NCBI GenBank assembly: GCA_963713285.1
Contig: CAVQLA010000003.1
Span: 4,514 to 68,513, forward strand
Reading direction: 5' to 3'
Origin: an uncultured Chloroflexia bacterium
GTDB taxonomy: Bacteria > Chloroflexota > Limnocylindria > Limnocylindrales > CSP1-4
Length of the DNA stretch: 64,000 bases
Shown here: positions 56,108-64,000 of the stretch, piece after piece
Numbering within the stretch: position 1 is the stretch's first letter
Layout of the letters: the number at the start of each line of letters is the position of its first letter
Program-made: the position numbers and the translations under genes
Notes under the pieces: model-generated
What the model saw: the letters and a program-made list of their open reading frames with translations, nothing else
What the model was told of the DNA's origin: nothing
The model's database searches: none

Positions 56108-56136
56108 TTGCGCGGAAGCGATCCCCCTGCTACTCT
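56108..56136 (+). promoter_or_regulatory. promoter-like TTGCGC-N17-TACTCT upstream of rpsO
   Basis: An unusually AT-rich short leader follows it (gttgaagtaacggcagtagaagtcaatc). Confidence 0.4.
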
Positions 56137-56185
56137 CCGCGGGTTGAAGTAACGGCAGTAGAAGTCAATCGTGTCGGAGGACCGA

Positions 56186-56455
56186 GTGCCGCTCGTGCGG
56201 GAAACCAAGGACCGGATCGTCGCCGAGTACGGCGCCAAGCCCGGTGACACCGGCTCCCCGGAGGTCCAGATCGCGCTGCTCACGGAGCGGATCAAGGACC
56301 TGACGGAGCATCTCAAGCAGTTCCCCAAGGACAATCACTCCCGCCGCGGCCTCCTCAAGCTTGTCGGGCAGCGCCGGCGCCTTCTCGCGTACCTCGTGAA
56401 GAAGGACGCCTCCCGGTACCGGGCCGTCATCGCCCGGCTGGGCCTGCGCCGCTAG
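56186..56455 (+). CDS. rpsO: 30S ribosomal protein S15
   Basis: [20 protein letters not shown]...[26 protein letters not shown] 56186 (GGAGG 5 nt upstream) gives the canonical 89 aa. The ORF-track GTG 56171 has no SD. Confidence 0.93.
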   Translation: MPLVRETKDRIVAEYGAKPGDTGSPEVQIALLTERIKDLTEHLKQFPKDNHSRRGLLKLVGQRRRLLAYLVKKDASRYRAVIARLGLRR

Positions 56456-56470
56456 CACCCGCGCATCGAG

Positions 56471-56493
56471 GACCCGGGGCGCCGCCCCGGGTC
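56471..56493 (+). terminator. rpsO-pnp intergenic hairpin (attenuator or processing-site candidate)
   Basis: GACCCGGGG-cgccg-CCCCGGGTC (9-bp stem), 16 nt after the rpsO stop, with no clear U tract. Confidence 0.35.
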
Positions 56494-56564
56494 TCGTGCA
56501 TCCGGCCCGGGCGTCAACCACGCTCGGCCCTCGGTCCCGTGCCGGCACGAGCAAGGAGTAGCTC

Positions 56565-59144
56565 GTGTCTCAGTCCCTCTCCGTCGAGTTCGGTGGTCGC
56601 ACGCTGACCATCGAGACCGGCCGCATGGCCCGCCTCGCCGGCGGCGCCGTCACCGTGCGCTACGGCGACACCGTCGTGCTCGGCACCGCGAACCGCGCCG
56701 ATCCGCGGCCCGGCCTCGACTTCTTCCCGCTCACGATCGACTTCGAGGAGCGGATGTACGCCGCCGGCAAGATCCCCGGCGGCTTCATCAAGCGCGAGTC
56801 GCGCCCGTCCGAGGCGGCGATCCTCGCCTGCCGCCTGACCGATCGCCCGATCCGGCCGCTCTTCCCCGAGGGCTACAAGGACGACGTGCAGTGCGTCATC
56901 ACGGTCCTCTCCACCGACCAGGAGAACGACCCCGACATCCTCGGCACGATCGCCGCATCGGCCGCGCTGACGATCAGCGAGATCCCGTTCCAGGGCCCCA
57001 TCGCCGCCATCCGCCTGGGGCGGATCGACGGCGAGTTCGTCATCAACCCGACGATGCCGCAGCTCGAGGACAGTGAGCTCGACCTCGTCGTCTCGGGCAC
57101 CCGGGACGCGATCATGATGGTCGAGGCCGGGGCGAAGATCCTCTCCGAGGACGTGATGGCCGAGGCGATCCTGTTCGCCCATCGCGCGCTCGAGCCTCTC
57201 ATCGACCTCCAGCTCGAGCTGCAGAAGCTCGTCGGCAAGCCGAAGCGCGTGCCGTTCCTCGACGCGGGCACGGAGTCGGTCCTCGACTTCGCGGCCAGGG
57301 CCAGGGCCGGCGCCGAGTTCGTCGTCGTCGACGTCGAGACCACCGGGACCAACCCGGAGATGGCCGACCTCGTCGAGGTCGCGGCCGTCCGCGTCAAGGG
57401 CGGCAAGGTCACCGACCGCTGGTCGACCTTCGTCAACCCGGGCCGGCCGATCTTCGGCAACCAGATGCACGGCATCACGGACAAGGACGTCAAGGGCGCC
57501 CCGACCCCGGCCGAGGCCGCCAGGAGGGCCCTCGACTTCGTGGGCGACGCCACGATCGTCGGCCACTCGGTCGGCTTCGACATCGCGTTCCTCGAGGCCG
57601 CGCTCGGCGACGGGACGCGGATCGAGAAGGGCCGCTACCTGGACACGCTGACGCTGGCCCGCGACGGCTACCCGGATCTTCCCAGCTACACGCTCGGGGA
57701 GCTCTCGAAGTTCTTCGGGATCCAGCTCCAGCAGGCCCATCGCGCCCTGCCGGACGCGGAGGCCACGGCCGAGCTGCTCGTCACCATCGCCAAGGAGCTC
57801 CCGGGTCGCCTCGATGCGCTCGCCGAGGGCATTGCCGACTCCATCCGCGCCCAGCGTTCGTCGAAGGACGAGGCGAAGGCGAAGCTGGACGCCGCCCGCC
57901 GGGCCGCCCGCGTGAGCAAGGGCCTCTTCGGCCTCGTCCACAAGAAGACCGCCCGGAAGCTGACCCTCGGCGAGGGGATCCGGATGGACGGCCGCGGGCT
58001 CGACGAGATCCGCCCGATCACCGTGGAGGTCGGCCTCGTGCCGCGCGCCCACGGCTCCGGCCTCTTCACCCGCGGCGAGACGCAGGCGCTGACCGTCGCC
58101 ACGCTCGGACCGTCCTCGGACGTCCAGCGGATCGACACGATCAGCCCCGAGCTCGAGAAGCGCTATCTCCACCACTACAACATGCCGCCGTACAGCACCG
58201 GCGAGAACAAGTTCATGCGCGGTCCCGGTCGCCGCGAGATCGGGCACGGCATCCTGGCCGAGCGGGCGCTCATCCCGGTGCTGCCGTCGAAGGACGACTT
58301 CCCGTACGTCATCCGGCTCGTGTCGGAGTGCGTGACCTCCAACGGCTCGACGTCGATGGCGTCGACCTGCGGTTCCACGCTCGCCCTCATGGACGCCGGC
58401 GTGCCGATCTCGGCACCCGTCGCCGGCGCGGCCATGGGCCTCATGTCCGAGCCCGACGGCAGCTTCGTCGTCCTGACCGACATCCTCGGCAAGGAGGATG
58501 CCTTCGGCGACATGGACTTCAAGGTCACCGGGACCCGCGACGGCATCACCGCCCTCCAGATGGACATCAAGGTCAAGGGCATCAACGAGGCGATCATCCG
58601 CGAGGGGCTGGCCAAGGCCCACTCCGCGCGCATGACGATCCTCGACGCGATGACCCAGGTCCTCCCGACCGCCCGCGAGACGATGAGCGACTTCGCGCCG
58701 CGCATCACCAAGATCAAGATCAACCCGGAGAAGATCCGCGACATCATCGGCAAGGGCGGCTCCATGATCCGCAAGATCCAGGAGGAGACCGGCACCGAGA
58801 TCAACGTCGAGGACGATGGGACGGTGGAGATCGCGGCCGTCCAGGGCGAGAACGCCCGCAAGGCGATCCACTGGATCGAGAGCCTCACCCGCGAAGTCGA
58901 GATCGGGGCCCTCTACCTTGGCACCGTGACCCGGATCATGGGCTTCGGCGCCTTCGTCGAGATCCTGCCGGGCAAGGAGGGCCTCGTCCGCATCGGCGAG
59001 CTCGCCGACTACCACGTGCCCTCCGTCGAGGACGTCGTGTCCGTCGGCGACGAGGTGATGGTCGTCGTGACCGAGGTCGACCGCCAGGGCCGCGTCAACC
59101 TGTCCCGCAAGGCCGCGATGCAGCGCCACCTGGCCAAGGGCTAG
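56565..59144 (+). CDS. pnp: polyribonucleotide nucleotidyltransferase (PNPase) with nested DEDDh exonuclease domain
   Basis: PH1 (FFPLTIDFEERMYAAGKIPGGFIKRE), PH2 (RMDGRGLDEIRPI, HGSGLFTRGETQ), KH (IRDIIGKGGSMIRKIQ) and S1 (YLGTVTRIMGFGAFVEILPGKEGLVRIGEL) domains. An extra ~165 aa (aa ~250-412) carries ExoI/II/III motifs. AAGGAG SD before the GTG. Confidence 0.93.
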   Translation: MSQSLSVEFGGRTLTIETGRMARLAGGAVTVRYGDTVVLGTANRADPRPGLDFFPLTIDFEERMYAAGKIPGGFIKRESRPSEAAILACRLTDRPIRPLFPEGYKDDVQCVITVLSTDQENDPDILGTIAASAALTISEIPFQGPIAAIRLGRIDGEFVINPTMPQLEDSELDLVVSGTRDAIMMVEAGAKILSEDVMAEAILFAHRALEPLIDLQLELQKLVGKPKRVPFLDAGTESVLDFAARARAGAEFVVVDVETTGTNPEMADLVEVAAVRVKGGKVTDRWSTFVNPGRPIFGNQMHGITDKDVKGAPTPAEAARRALDFVGDATIVGHSVGFDIAFLEAALGDGTRIEKGRYLDTLTLARDGYPDLPSYTLGELSKFFGIQLQQAHRALPDAEATAELLVTIAKELPGRLDALAEGIADSIRAQRSSKDEAKAKLDAARRAARVSKGLFGLVHKKTARKLTLGEGIRMDGRGLDEIRPITVEVGLVPRAHGSGLFTRGETQALTVATLGPSSDVQRIDTISPELEKRYLHHYNMPPYSTGENKFMRGPGRREIGHGILAERALIPVLPSKDDFPYVIRLVSECVTSNGSTSMASTCGSTLALMDAGVPISAPVAGAAMGLMSEPDGSFVVLTDILGKEDAFGDMDFKVTGTRDGITALQMDIKVKGINEAIIREGLAKAHSARMTILDAMTQVLPTARETMSDFAPRITKIKINPEKIRDIIGKGGSMIRKIQEETGTEINVEDDGTVEIAAVQGENARKAIHWIESLTREVEIGALYLGTVTRIMGFGAFVEILPGKEGLVRIGELADYHVPSVEDVVSVGDEVMVVVTEVDRQGRVNLSRKAAMQRHLAKG

Positions 59145-59179
59145 GCCAGCGCTGCCGCGTCGCCGCGGCACCGCACGCA

Positions 59180-59212
59180 GCAGCGCCCCCGGGAGAGCCC
59201 CGGGGGCGCTGC
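59180..59212 (+). terminator. pnp terminator hairpin
   Basis: GCAGCGCCCCCGGG-agagc-CCCGGGGGCGCTGC (14-bp perfect stem), ~35 nt after the pnp stop. It is followed by TATACT rather than a long U tract. Confidence 0.5.
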
Positions 59213-59218
59213 TATACT
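59213..59218 (+). promoter_or_regulatory. -10-like TATACT upstream of asd
   Basis: gctgcTATACTccgtcc, directly after the pnp terminator hairpin and ~45 nt before ATG 59263. Confidence 0.45.
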
Positions 59219-59262
59219 CCGTCCCGTGCCCGCGCCTCTTCTCGCGCCCTGAAAGCGGAGCC

Positions 59263-60336
59263 ATGTCCGGACACTCCCCCCGCCCCCTCACCGTCGCCGT
59301 CGTCGGCGCCACCGGCGTCGTCGGGCGCACGATGGCCGCCGTCCTCCTCGAGCGCGGCTTCCCGATCGGGGAGATCCGGCTCCTCGCCTCGGCGCGGTCC
59401 GCGGGGTCGACCCTCCCGTTCGGCGGCCGCCAGGTCGAGGTGCTGGAGGCATTGCCCGAGGCCTTCGAGGGAGTCGACATCGCCCTGTTCTCGGCCGGCG
59501 GCGCAACCTCCCGCGAGCTGGCGCCGCAGGCAGCCGCCCGCGGCTGCACGGTCGTCGACAACTCGAGCGCCTGGCGCATGGAGCCGGGCATCCCCCTCGT
59601 CGTCAGCCAGGTGAACCCCGACGACCTGGAGGCGCACGAGGGGATCATCGCCAACCCGAACTGCAGCACGATGCAGCTCGCCCCGCCGCTCATGGCCCTG
59701 CGCGACGCCGTCGGCCTCGAGCGCGTCGTGGTCGACACGTACCAGGCGGTCTCCGGCACCGGCGGCAAGGCGATCGCCGAGCTCGAGACGCAGATCCGGG
59801 CCCACGTCGCCGGCGCCCCCAAGGAGCCGCGCGTCTACCCGCACCCGATCGCCTTCAACGCCCTGCCCGAGATCGACGCGTTCCTGGAGAACGGCTACAC
59901 GAAGGAGGAGTGGAAGGTCGTCACCGAGTCGCGCAAGATCCTCCACCTCCCGGACCTGCGCGTCTCCTGCACGGCCGTCCGCGTCCCGGTCTTCGTGAGC
60001 CACTCCGAGGCCGTCCACGTCGAGACCCGCGAGCCGATCACCCCGGACCGTGCCCGCGTGCTGTTCGCGGCGATCCCGGGCGTCGTCGTGCGTGACGACC
60101 CCGCCGCCCACGTCTACCCGCTGGCCACCGACGCCGCCGGCCACGACGAGATCTATGTCGGGCGCGTGCGGACCGATCCGTCGATCGCGGGCGGCCGCGG
60201 CCTGGCCTTCTGGGTCGTCTCCGACAACGTCCGCAAGGGCGCCGCCTCGAACGCCGTGGAGATCGCCGAGGTGCTCGTCGAGCGCGGCTGGGTCCGCGCC
60301 GCGTCGCGGCGTGCCGCGGAGGCCTCACCCGCGTGA
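59263..60336 (+). CDS. asd: aspartate-semialdehyde dehydrogenase
   Basis: GATGVVG, active-site NPNCST and YQAVSGTG motifs. Confidence 0.95.
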   Translation: MSGHSPRPLTVAVVGATGVVGRTMAAVLLERGFPIGEIRLLASARSAGSTLPFGGRQVEVLEALPEAFEGVDIALFSAGGATSRELAPQAAARGCTVVDNSSAWRMEPGIPLVVSQVNPDDLEAHEGIIANPNCSTMQLAPPLMALRDAVGLERVVVDTYQAVSGTGGKAIAELETQIRAHVAGAPKEPRVYPHPIAFNALPEIDAFLENGYTKEEWKVVTESRKILHLPDLRVSCTAVRVPVFVSHSEAVHVETREPITPDRARVLFAAIPGVVVRDDPAAHVYPLATDAAGHDEIYVGRVRTDPSIAGGRGLAFWVVSDNVRKGAASNAVEIAEVLVERGWVRAASRRAAEASPA

Positions 60337-61061
60337 CCGAGGCCGAACGCCGCGCGGCGCTCGAGGCGATCGCGGCGGAGGTCCGAGCCTGCACGCGCTG
60401 CCGTCTCCACGAGGGTCGCTCCAGGGCGGTCCCCGGCGAAGGGCATCCGAGCACGGAGGTCGTTCTCGTGGGCGAAGGCCCCGGCATGAACGAGGACCGC
60501 CAGGGACGGCCTTTCGTCGGTCGAGCCGGCGACCTCCTGGTGCAGCTGCTCGCATCGATCGGCTGGCGGCGCGAGGACGTCTTCATCACCAACATCGTCA
60601 AGTGCCGCCCGCCGGAGAACCGGGACCCGGAGCCGGACGAGGTGGCGGCGTGCGCGCCGTACCTCCGGCGCCAGCTGGAGGTGCTGGACCCGGCCCTCGT
60701 CGTGACGCTGGGACGGCACTCCATGGGCCGGTTCATGCCGGGCACCACGATCAGCCGGGCCCACGGGAGCGTCGCGCCCGCCGATCCGGGCACGGGCGCG
60801 CGCGACGCGCTCGTCTTCGCGATGTACCACCCCGCGGCCGCCCTTCGCACGCCGGCGATCGAGCAGGCGAGCTACGCCGACGTGGCGCGGATCCCCGCCG
60901 CGCTTCACGACGCGCGCGCCCGCCGGTCCGGCTCCGGCCCTGCCGTCCCCGCGCCGGCCACGTCGACGGCCGCCGCCGTCCCGTCGCCGGCCGCTCCCAC
61001 GCCCCCCGACCGCCCCGAGCCGGACTCCCCGGCCGTGGACCAGCTGACCCTCTTCCGGTGA
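60333..61061 (+). CDS. uracil-DNA glycosylase, family 4
   Basis: CTRCRLH, GEGPG, FITNIVKCRPP and YHPAA motifs. GTGA overlap with asd. Pro-rich C-terminal tail. Confidence 0.88.
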   Translation: MTEAERRAALEAIAAEVRACTRCRLHEGRSRAVPGEGHPSTEVVLVGEGPGMNEDRQGRPFVGRAGDLLVQLLASIGWRREDVFITNIVKCRPPENRDPEPDEVAACAPYLRRQLEVLDPALVVTLGRHSMGRFMPGTTISRAHGSVAPADPGTGARDALVFAMYHPAAALRTPAIEQASYADVARIPAALHDARARRSGSGPAVPAPATSTAAAVPSPAAPTPPDRPEPDSPAVDQLTLFR

Positions 61062-61065
61062 CCCG

Positions 61066-62748
61066 ATGACCGCTCCACGCTCCACCGACCTCGGCACGCC
61101 GCTCCGCATCATCCCGCTGGGCGGGGTGGGGGAGATCGGCAAGAACATGTACGTCTTCGAGTACGCGGATTCGATCGTCGTCGTCGACTGCGGCCTGATG
61201 TTCCCCGACGAGGAGATGTTCGGCATCGACCTCGTCATCCCCGACGTCACGTACCTCCGCGAGCGGCGCGAGATGGTGAAGGCGTTCCTCATCACCCACG
61301 CCCACGAGGACCACGTCGGAGGCCTGCCCTACATCCTGCCCGAGTTCCCCGGCGTCCCGGTCTACGCGTCGACCCTCGCCCGCGGCCTCCTGGGCACGAA
61401 GGTCAAGGAGCACAAGCTTCACAACAACCCGCTCCTGCCGCTCGACCCGGGCGACGAGCTCGAGATCGGGCCCTTCACGGTGATGCCGTTCCGCATCGGC
61501 CACTCCATCCCGGACGCCATGGGGCTCGGGATCCGCACGCCGGTCGGGACGGTCGTCCACACCGGCGACTTCAAGTTCGACCACACGCCCGTCGACGGCA
61601 AGCCCTCCGACTTCGCCATCCTCGCCAAGCTCGGTGCCGAAGGTGTCATCTGCCTGCTGTCGGACTCCACGCGCGCCGAGAACCCCGGCTACACGCCCTC
61701 CGAGCGAACGGTCGGCGAGGCGTTCCGCGAGATCATGGAGCCCCTCGACGGGCGGGTCATCGTGGCCACCTTCGCCAGCAACATCGCCCGGGTCCAGCAG
61801 GTCCTCGACGCCGCCGCCACGTTCGACCGCCGGACGGCCGTCATCGGGCGCTCGATGGAGCAGAACTTTCGGATCGCCAGCGACCTCGGCTACCTGACCT
61901 ACAAGCCCGAGGCGATCGTCGCGAAGGATCGCCTGGGGGACGTGCCCGCGGACAAGCTCGTGATCTGCACGACCGGGGCGCAGGGCGAGCCGATGGCCGG
62001 GCTCGCCCGGATGGCCAACCGCGACCACCGGTTCGTCGAGATCCAGCCCGGCGACACGGTGATCGTCTCCGCCAGCCCGATCCCCGGCAACGAGGAGTAC
62101 GTCGGCCGGACGATCGACAACCTCTTCAAGGCCGGCGCCAACGTGTTCTACCACACCATCAAGCGCGCCCACGTCTCGGGCCACGCCAGCCAGGAGGAGC
62201 TCAAGCTGATGCTCGTCCTGACCCGGCCGAAGTACGTCATCCCGATGCACGGCGAGTTCCGGATGATGGTCCAGCACGGGCGCCTCGCGATGGAGACCGG
62301 CGTCGCGCCGGAGAACGTGCTGATCCTGGAGAACGGCCAGCCGATCGAGTTCTTCGCCGACGGGTCCGCACGGCGCGCCCAGCCGGTGACCGCGGGCTAC
62401 GTGTACGTCGACGGCCTCTCCGTCGGCGACGTCGGGGAGATCGTCCTGCGCGACCGGCGCGCGCTCGCCAACGACGGGATGTTCATGGTGGTCGTGACGG
62501 TCGACAAGCAGACCGGCACGATCGTCGGCAGCCCGGAGATCGTCACCCGCGGCTTCGTGCATCTCAACGAGAACGACCCGATCATGGCGGAGGCGGTCCG
62601 CCGGGTCGTGGCGTCCATCGAGAACCCCGGCGACCACATCAGCGAGGTCGGCCTCCTCAAGAGCCAGATCAAGGACGGCGTCTCGCGGTATCTCTACGAG
62701 CAGACGAAGCGACGTCCGATGGTGTTCCCGGTCGTCGTGGAGGTCTAG
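61066..62748 (+). CDS. rnj: ribonuclease J
   Basis: LRIIPLGGVGEIGKNMY, metallo-beta-lactamase ITHAHEDHVGG, and beta-CASP and C-terminal domains collinear. Confidence 0.93.
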   Translation: MTAPRSTDLGTPLRIIPLGGVGEIGKNMYVFEYADSIVVVDCGLMFPDEEMFGIDLVIPDVTYLRERREMVKAFLITHAHEDHVGGLPYILPEFPGVPVYASTLARGLLGTKVKEHKLHNNPLLPLDPGDELEIGPFTVMPFRIGHSIPDAMGLGIRTPVGTVVHTGDFKFDHTPVDGKPSDFAILAKLGAEGVICLLSDSTRAENPGYTPSERTVGEAFREIMEPLDGRVIVATFASNIARVQQVLDAAATFDRRTAVIGRSMEQNFRIASDLGYLTYKPEAIVAKDRLGDVPADKLVICTTGAQGEPMAGLARMANRDHRFVEIQPGDTVIVSASPIPGNEEYVGRTIDNLFKAGANVFYHTIKRAHVSGHASQEELKLMLVLTRPKYVIPMHGEFRMMVQHGRLAMETGVAPENVLILENGQPIEFFADGSARRAQPVTAGYVYVDGLSVGDVGEIVLRDRRALANDGMFMVVVTVDKQTGTIVGSPEIVTRGFVHLNENDPIMAEAVRRVVASIENPGDHISEVGLLKSQIKDGVSRYLYEQTKRRPMVFPVVVEV

Positions 62749-64000
62749 ATGGCGACCCGTCGCAGGGCCCAGCCGGCCCGACCGCGCCGCACCAGCCGGA
62801 AGGGCCCGTCGGGCCCGTCGATGCCGCGCCTGAACGCCGACGTGACGCGCTCGATCGTCGCCGTCGTGCTCCTCGTCCTGGGGGTGGTGATCCTCGTCGG
62901 CCTGCTCCTGCCCGGGAAGGGCGCGCTCACCGACTGGATCCTCAACGTGATCGCGCCCTGGTTCGGCTCGGGACGCTGGCTCCTGCCGGTCCTGCTCATC
63001 GGGCTCGGCATCGTCATCGAGCGGGCGAAGGGCCCGCGGGCGGGGTGGGGCCAAATCGTGATCGGGACGACGATCGCCTACATCGCCCTCCTCGGGCTGA
63101 TCAGCCTTCTCGAGCAGACGGGCTTCCTCGGGGGCCGGAGCGGCGGCCGGATCGGCGACGCCATCGCCGGTCCGCTCGCGGGCCTGGTCAGCGAGCCCGG
63201 CGCCTTCGTCGTCCTCCTTGGATTCCTCGTGGTCGGCGTCGTCATCGCCGTCGACCGTCCGGTGCGCGAGCTGGTCGCGCCCGTCGGCCGCGGAGCCCGC
63301 GAGATCGGCGCCGCGCTCGCCACGCCGGCCGCCGGCGCGGCGGCGAAGGGCACCGAGGCGACGCGCCGCGAGAAGGCACCCGCGCCGGACGACGGCGCCA
63401 CGGCCCGCAACGGACGGGGTGCCCGCGAGGCGGCCGCGCGGCCCGAGATCCCGACACCACTGCCCGGGCCGGCCCAGGTCTCGTCGGTCTTCTCGGGCAG
63501 CGGCATGACGCCCGCGACCGCCGCGGCCGTGGTGGCGGTCGCCGCCGGCGAGGAGGGGGCGGACCGGGCAGCGTCGCGCGGAGGCGAGCCGCGCGGCGAG
63601 GACGACGTGACGGATGCCTCCGACGCGCCCTCTCCGCGCGTGCCGCGCGAGTACCGCCTGCCGCCGATGACGCTCCTCGAGGACGTCGCGGCCCGCAGCT
63701 CGGACCGGGGCATGGATCACGAGCGGAACTCGGCGATCATCGTCGGCAAGCTCGCCAGCTTCAACATGCCCAGCCGCGTCGTGAAGTGGAACGCGGGCCC
63801 CGTCGTCACGCAGTACGAAGTCGAACCCGACCCGTCGGTCAAGGTGAGCCGGATCGAGGGCCTTGCCGACGACCTTGCCATGGCCCTCGCCGCGCGCACG
63901 ATCCGCATCGAGGCACCGATCCCGGGCAAGTCGGTCGTCGGGATCGAGATCCCGAACATGGACTTCAACGTCGTTGCGATCCGGCGGATCCTCGAAGATC
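62749..64000 (+). CDS. ftsK: DNA translocase FtsK (3' part outside window)
   Basis: Open frame from ATG 62749 to the window end, so it is absent from the ORF track. It shows TM helices, an Ala/Gly/Pro linker, and then YRLPPMTLLED...VVKWNAGPVVTQYEVEP..KVSRIEGLADDLAMAL, the start of the FtsK alpha domain. Confidence 0.85.
   Translation, partial: MATRRRAQPARPRRTSRKGPSGPSMPRLNADVTRSIVAVVLLVLGVVILVGLLLPGKGALTDWILNVIAPWFGSGRWLLPVLLIGLGIVIERAKGPRAGWGQIVIGTTIAYIALLGLISLLEQTGFLGGRSGGRIGDAIAGPLAGLVSEPGAFVVLLGFLVVGVVIAVDRPVRELVAPVGRGAREIGAALATPAAGAAAKGTEATRREKAPAPDDGATARNGRGAREAAARPEIPTPLPGPAQVSSVFSGSGMTPATAAAVVAVAAGEEGADRAASRGGEPRGEDDVTDASDAPSPRVPREYRLPPMTLLEDVAARSSDRGMDHERNSAIIVGKLASFNMPSRVVKWNAGPVVTQYEVEPDPSVKVSRIEGLADDLAMALAARTIRIEAPIPGKSVVGIEIPNMDFNVVAIRRILED

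Overview
This is a very GC-rich 64-kb chromosomal segment (by eye well above 65%, with codon third positions almost all G/C). It is nearly gap-free and almost entirely transcribed on the + strand. I call 65 protein-coding features: 3 on the - strand, 2 cut by the window edges, and 1 gene relic. I saw no rRNA or tRNA genes, no CRISPR array, and no transposase, integrase or phage genes.

The content is core housekeeping: ilvE; ileS-lspA-rluD; gmk-priA; def-fmt-rlmN-rpe-dtd; rpmB; asp23-yloV-recG-rsmD-coaD; a SepIVA-like gene with yceD-rpmF-plsX; asp23-nusB-acpP-rnc-smc-ftsY-ffh; rpsP-KH-rimM-trmD-rplS-rnhB-yraN; rpsB-tsf-pyrH-frr-uppS-cdsA-dxr-rseP-ispG; nusA-ylxR-infB-rbfA-nrnA-truB-ribF; rpsO-pnp; asd-udg-rnj-ftsK. 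The order mirrors the conserved Bacillus ylo/ylq/ylx and Mycobacterium Rv28xx-Rv29xx blocks. The source is therefore probably a high-GC Terrabacteria lineage (Actinomycetota-like), but that is inference only. Genes are tightly coupled through many ATGA/GTGA start-stop overlaps. Promoter -10 boxes stand out as isolated TAnnnT islands, and several are placed so that the mRNA would be leaderless.

The most interesting observation is in pnp. It encodes an 859-aa PNPase with a complete DEDDh (DnaQ/RNase T-like) 3'-5' exonuclease domain nested in the helical domain between the two RNase PH cores. I cannot match this architecture to anything described.

Other points:
- Three conserved genes (rnc, rimM, ylxR) have conserved N-termini that lie upstream of any ATG/GTG/TTG.
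- An anomalous 684-nt, repeat-rich non-coding spacer separates trmD and rplS.
- A textbook U-tract terminator sits inside the nusA leader.
- Rpe, RibF and RNase HII show domain oddities.

Product calls come from recognising motifs in the supplied translations, not from database searches. CDS coordinates are anchored on the ORF track. Coordinates of short motifs were counted by eye and may be off by 1-2 nt.
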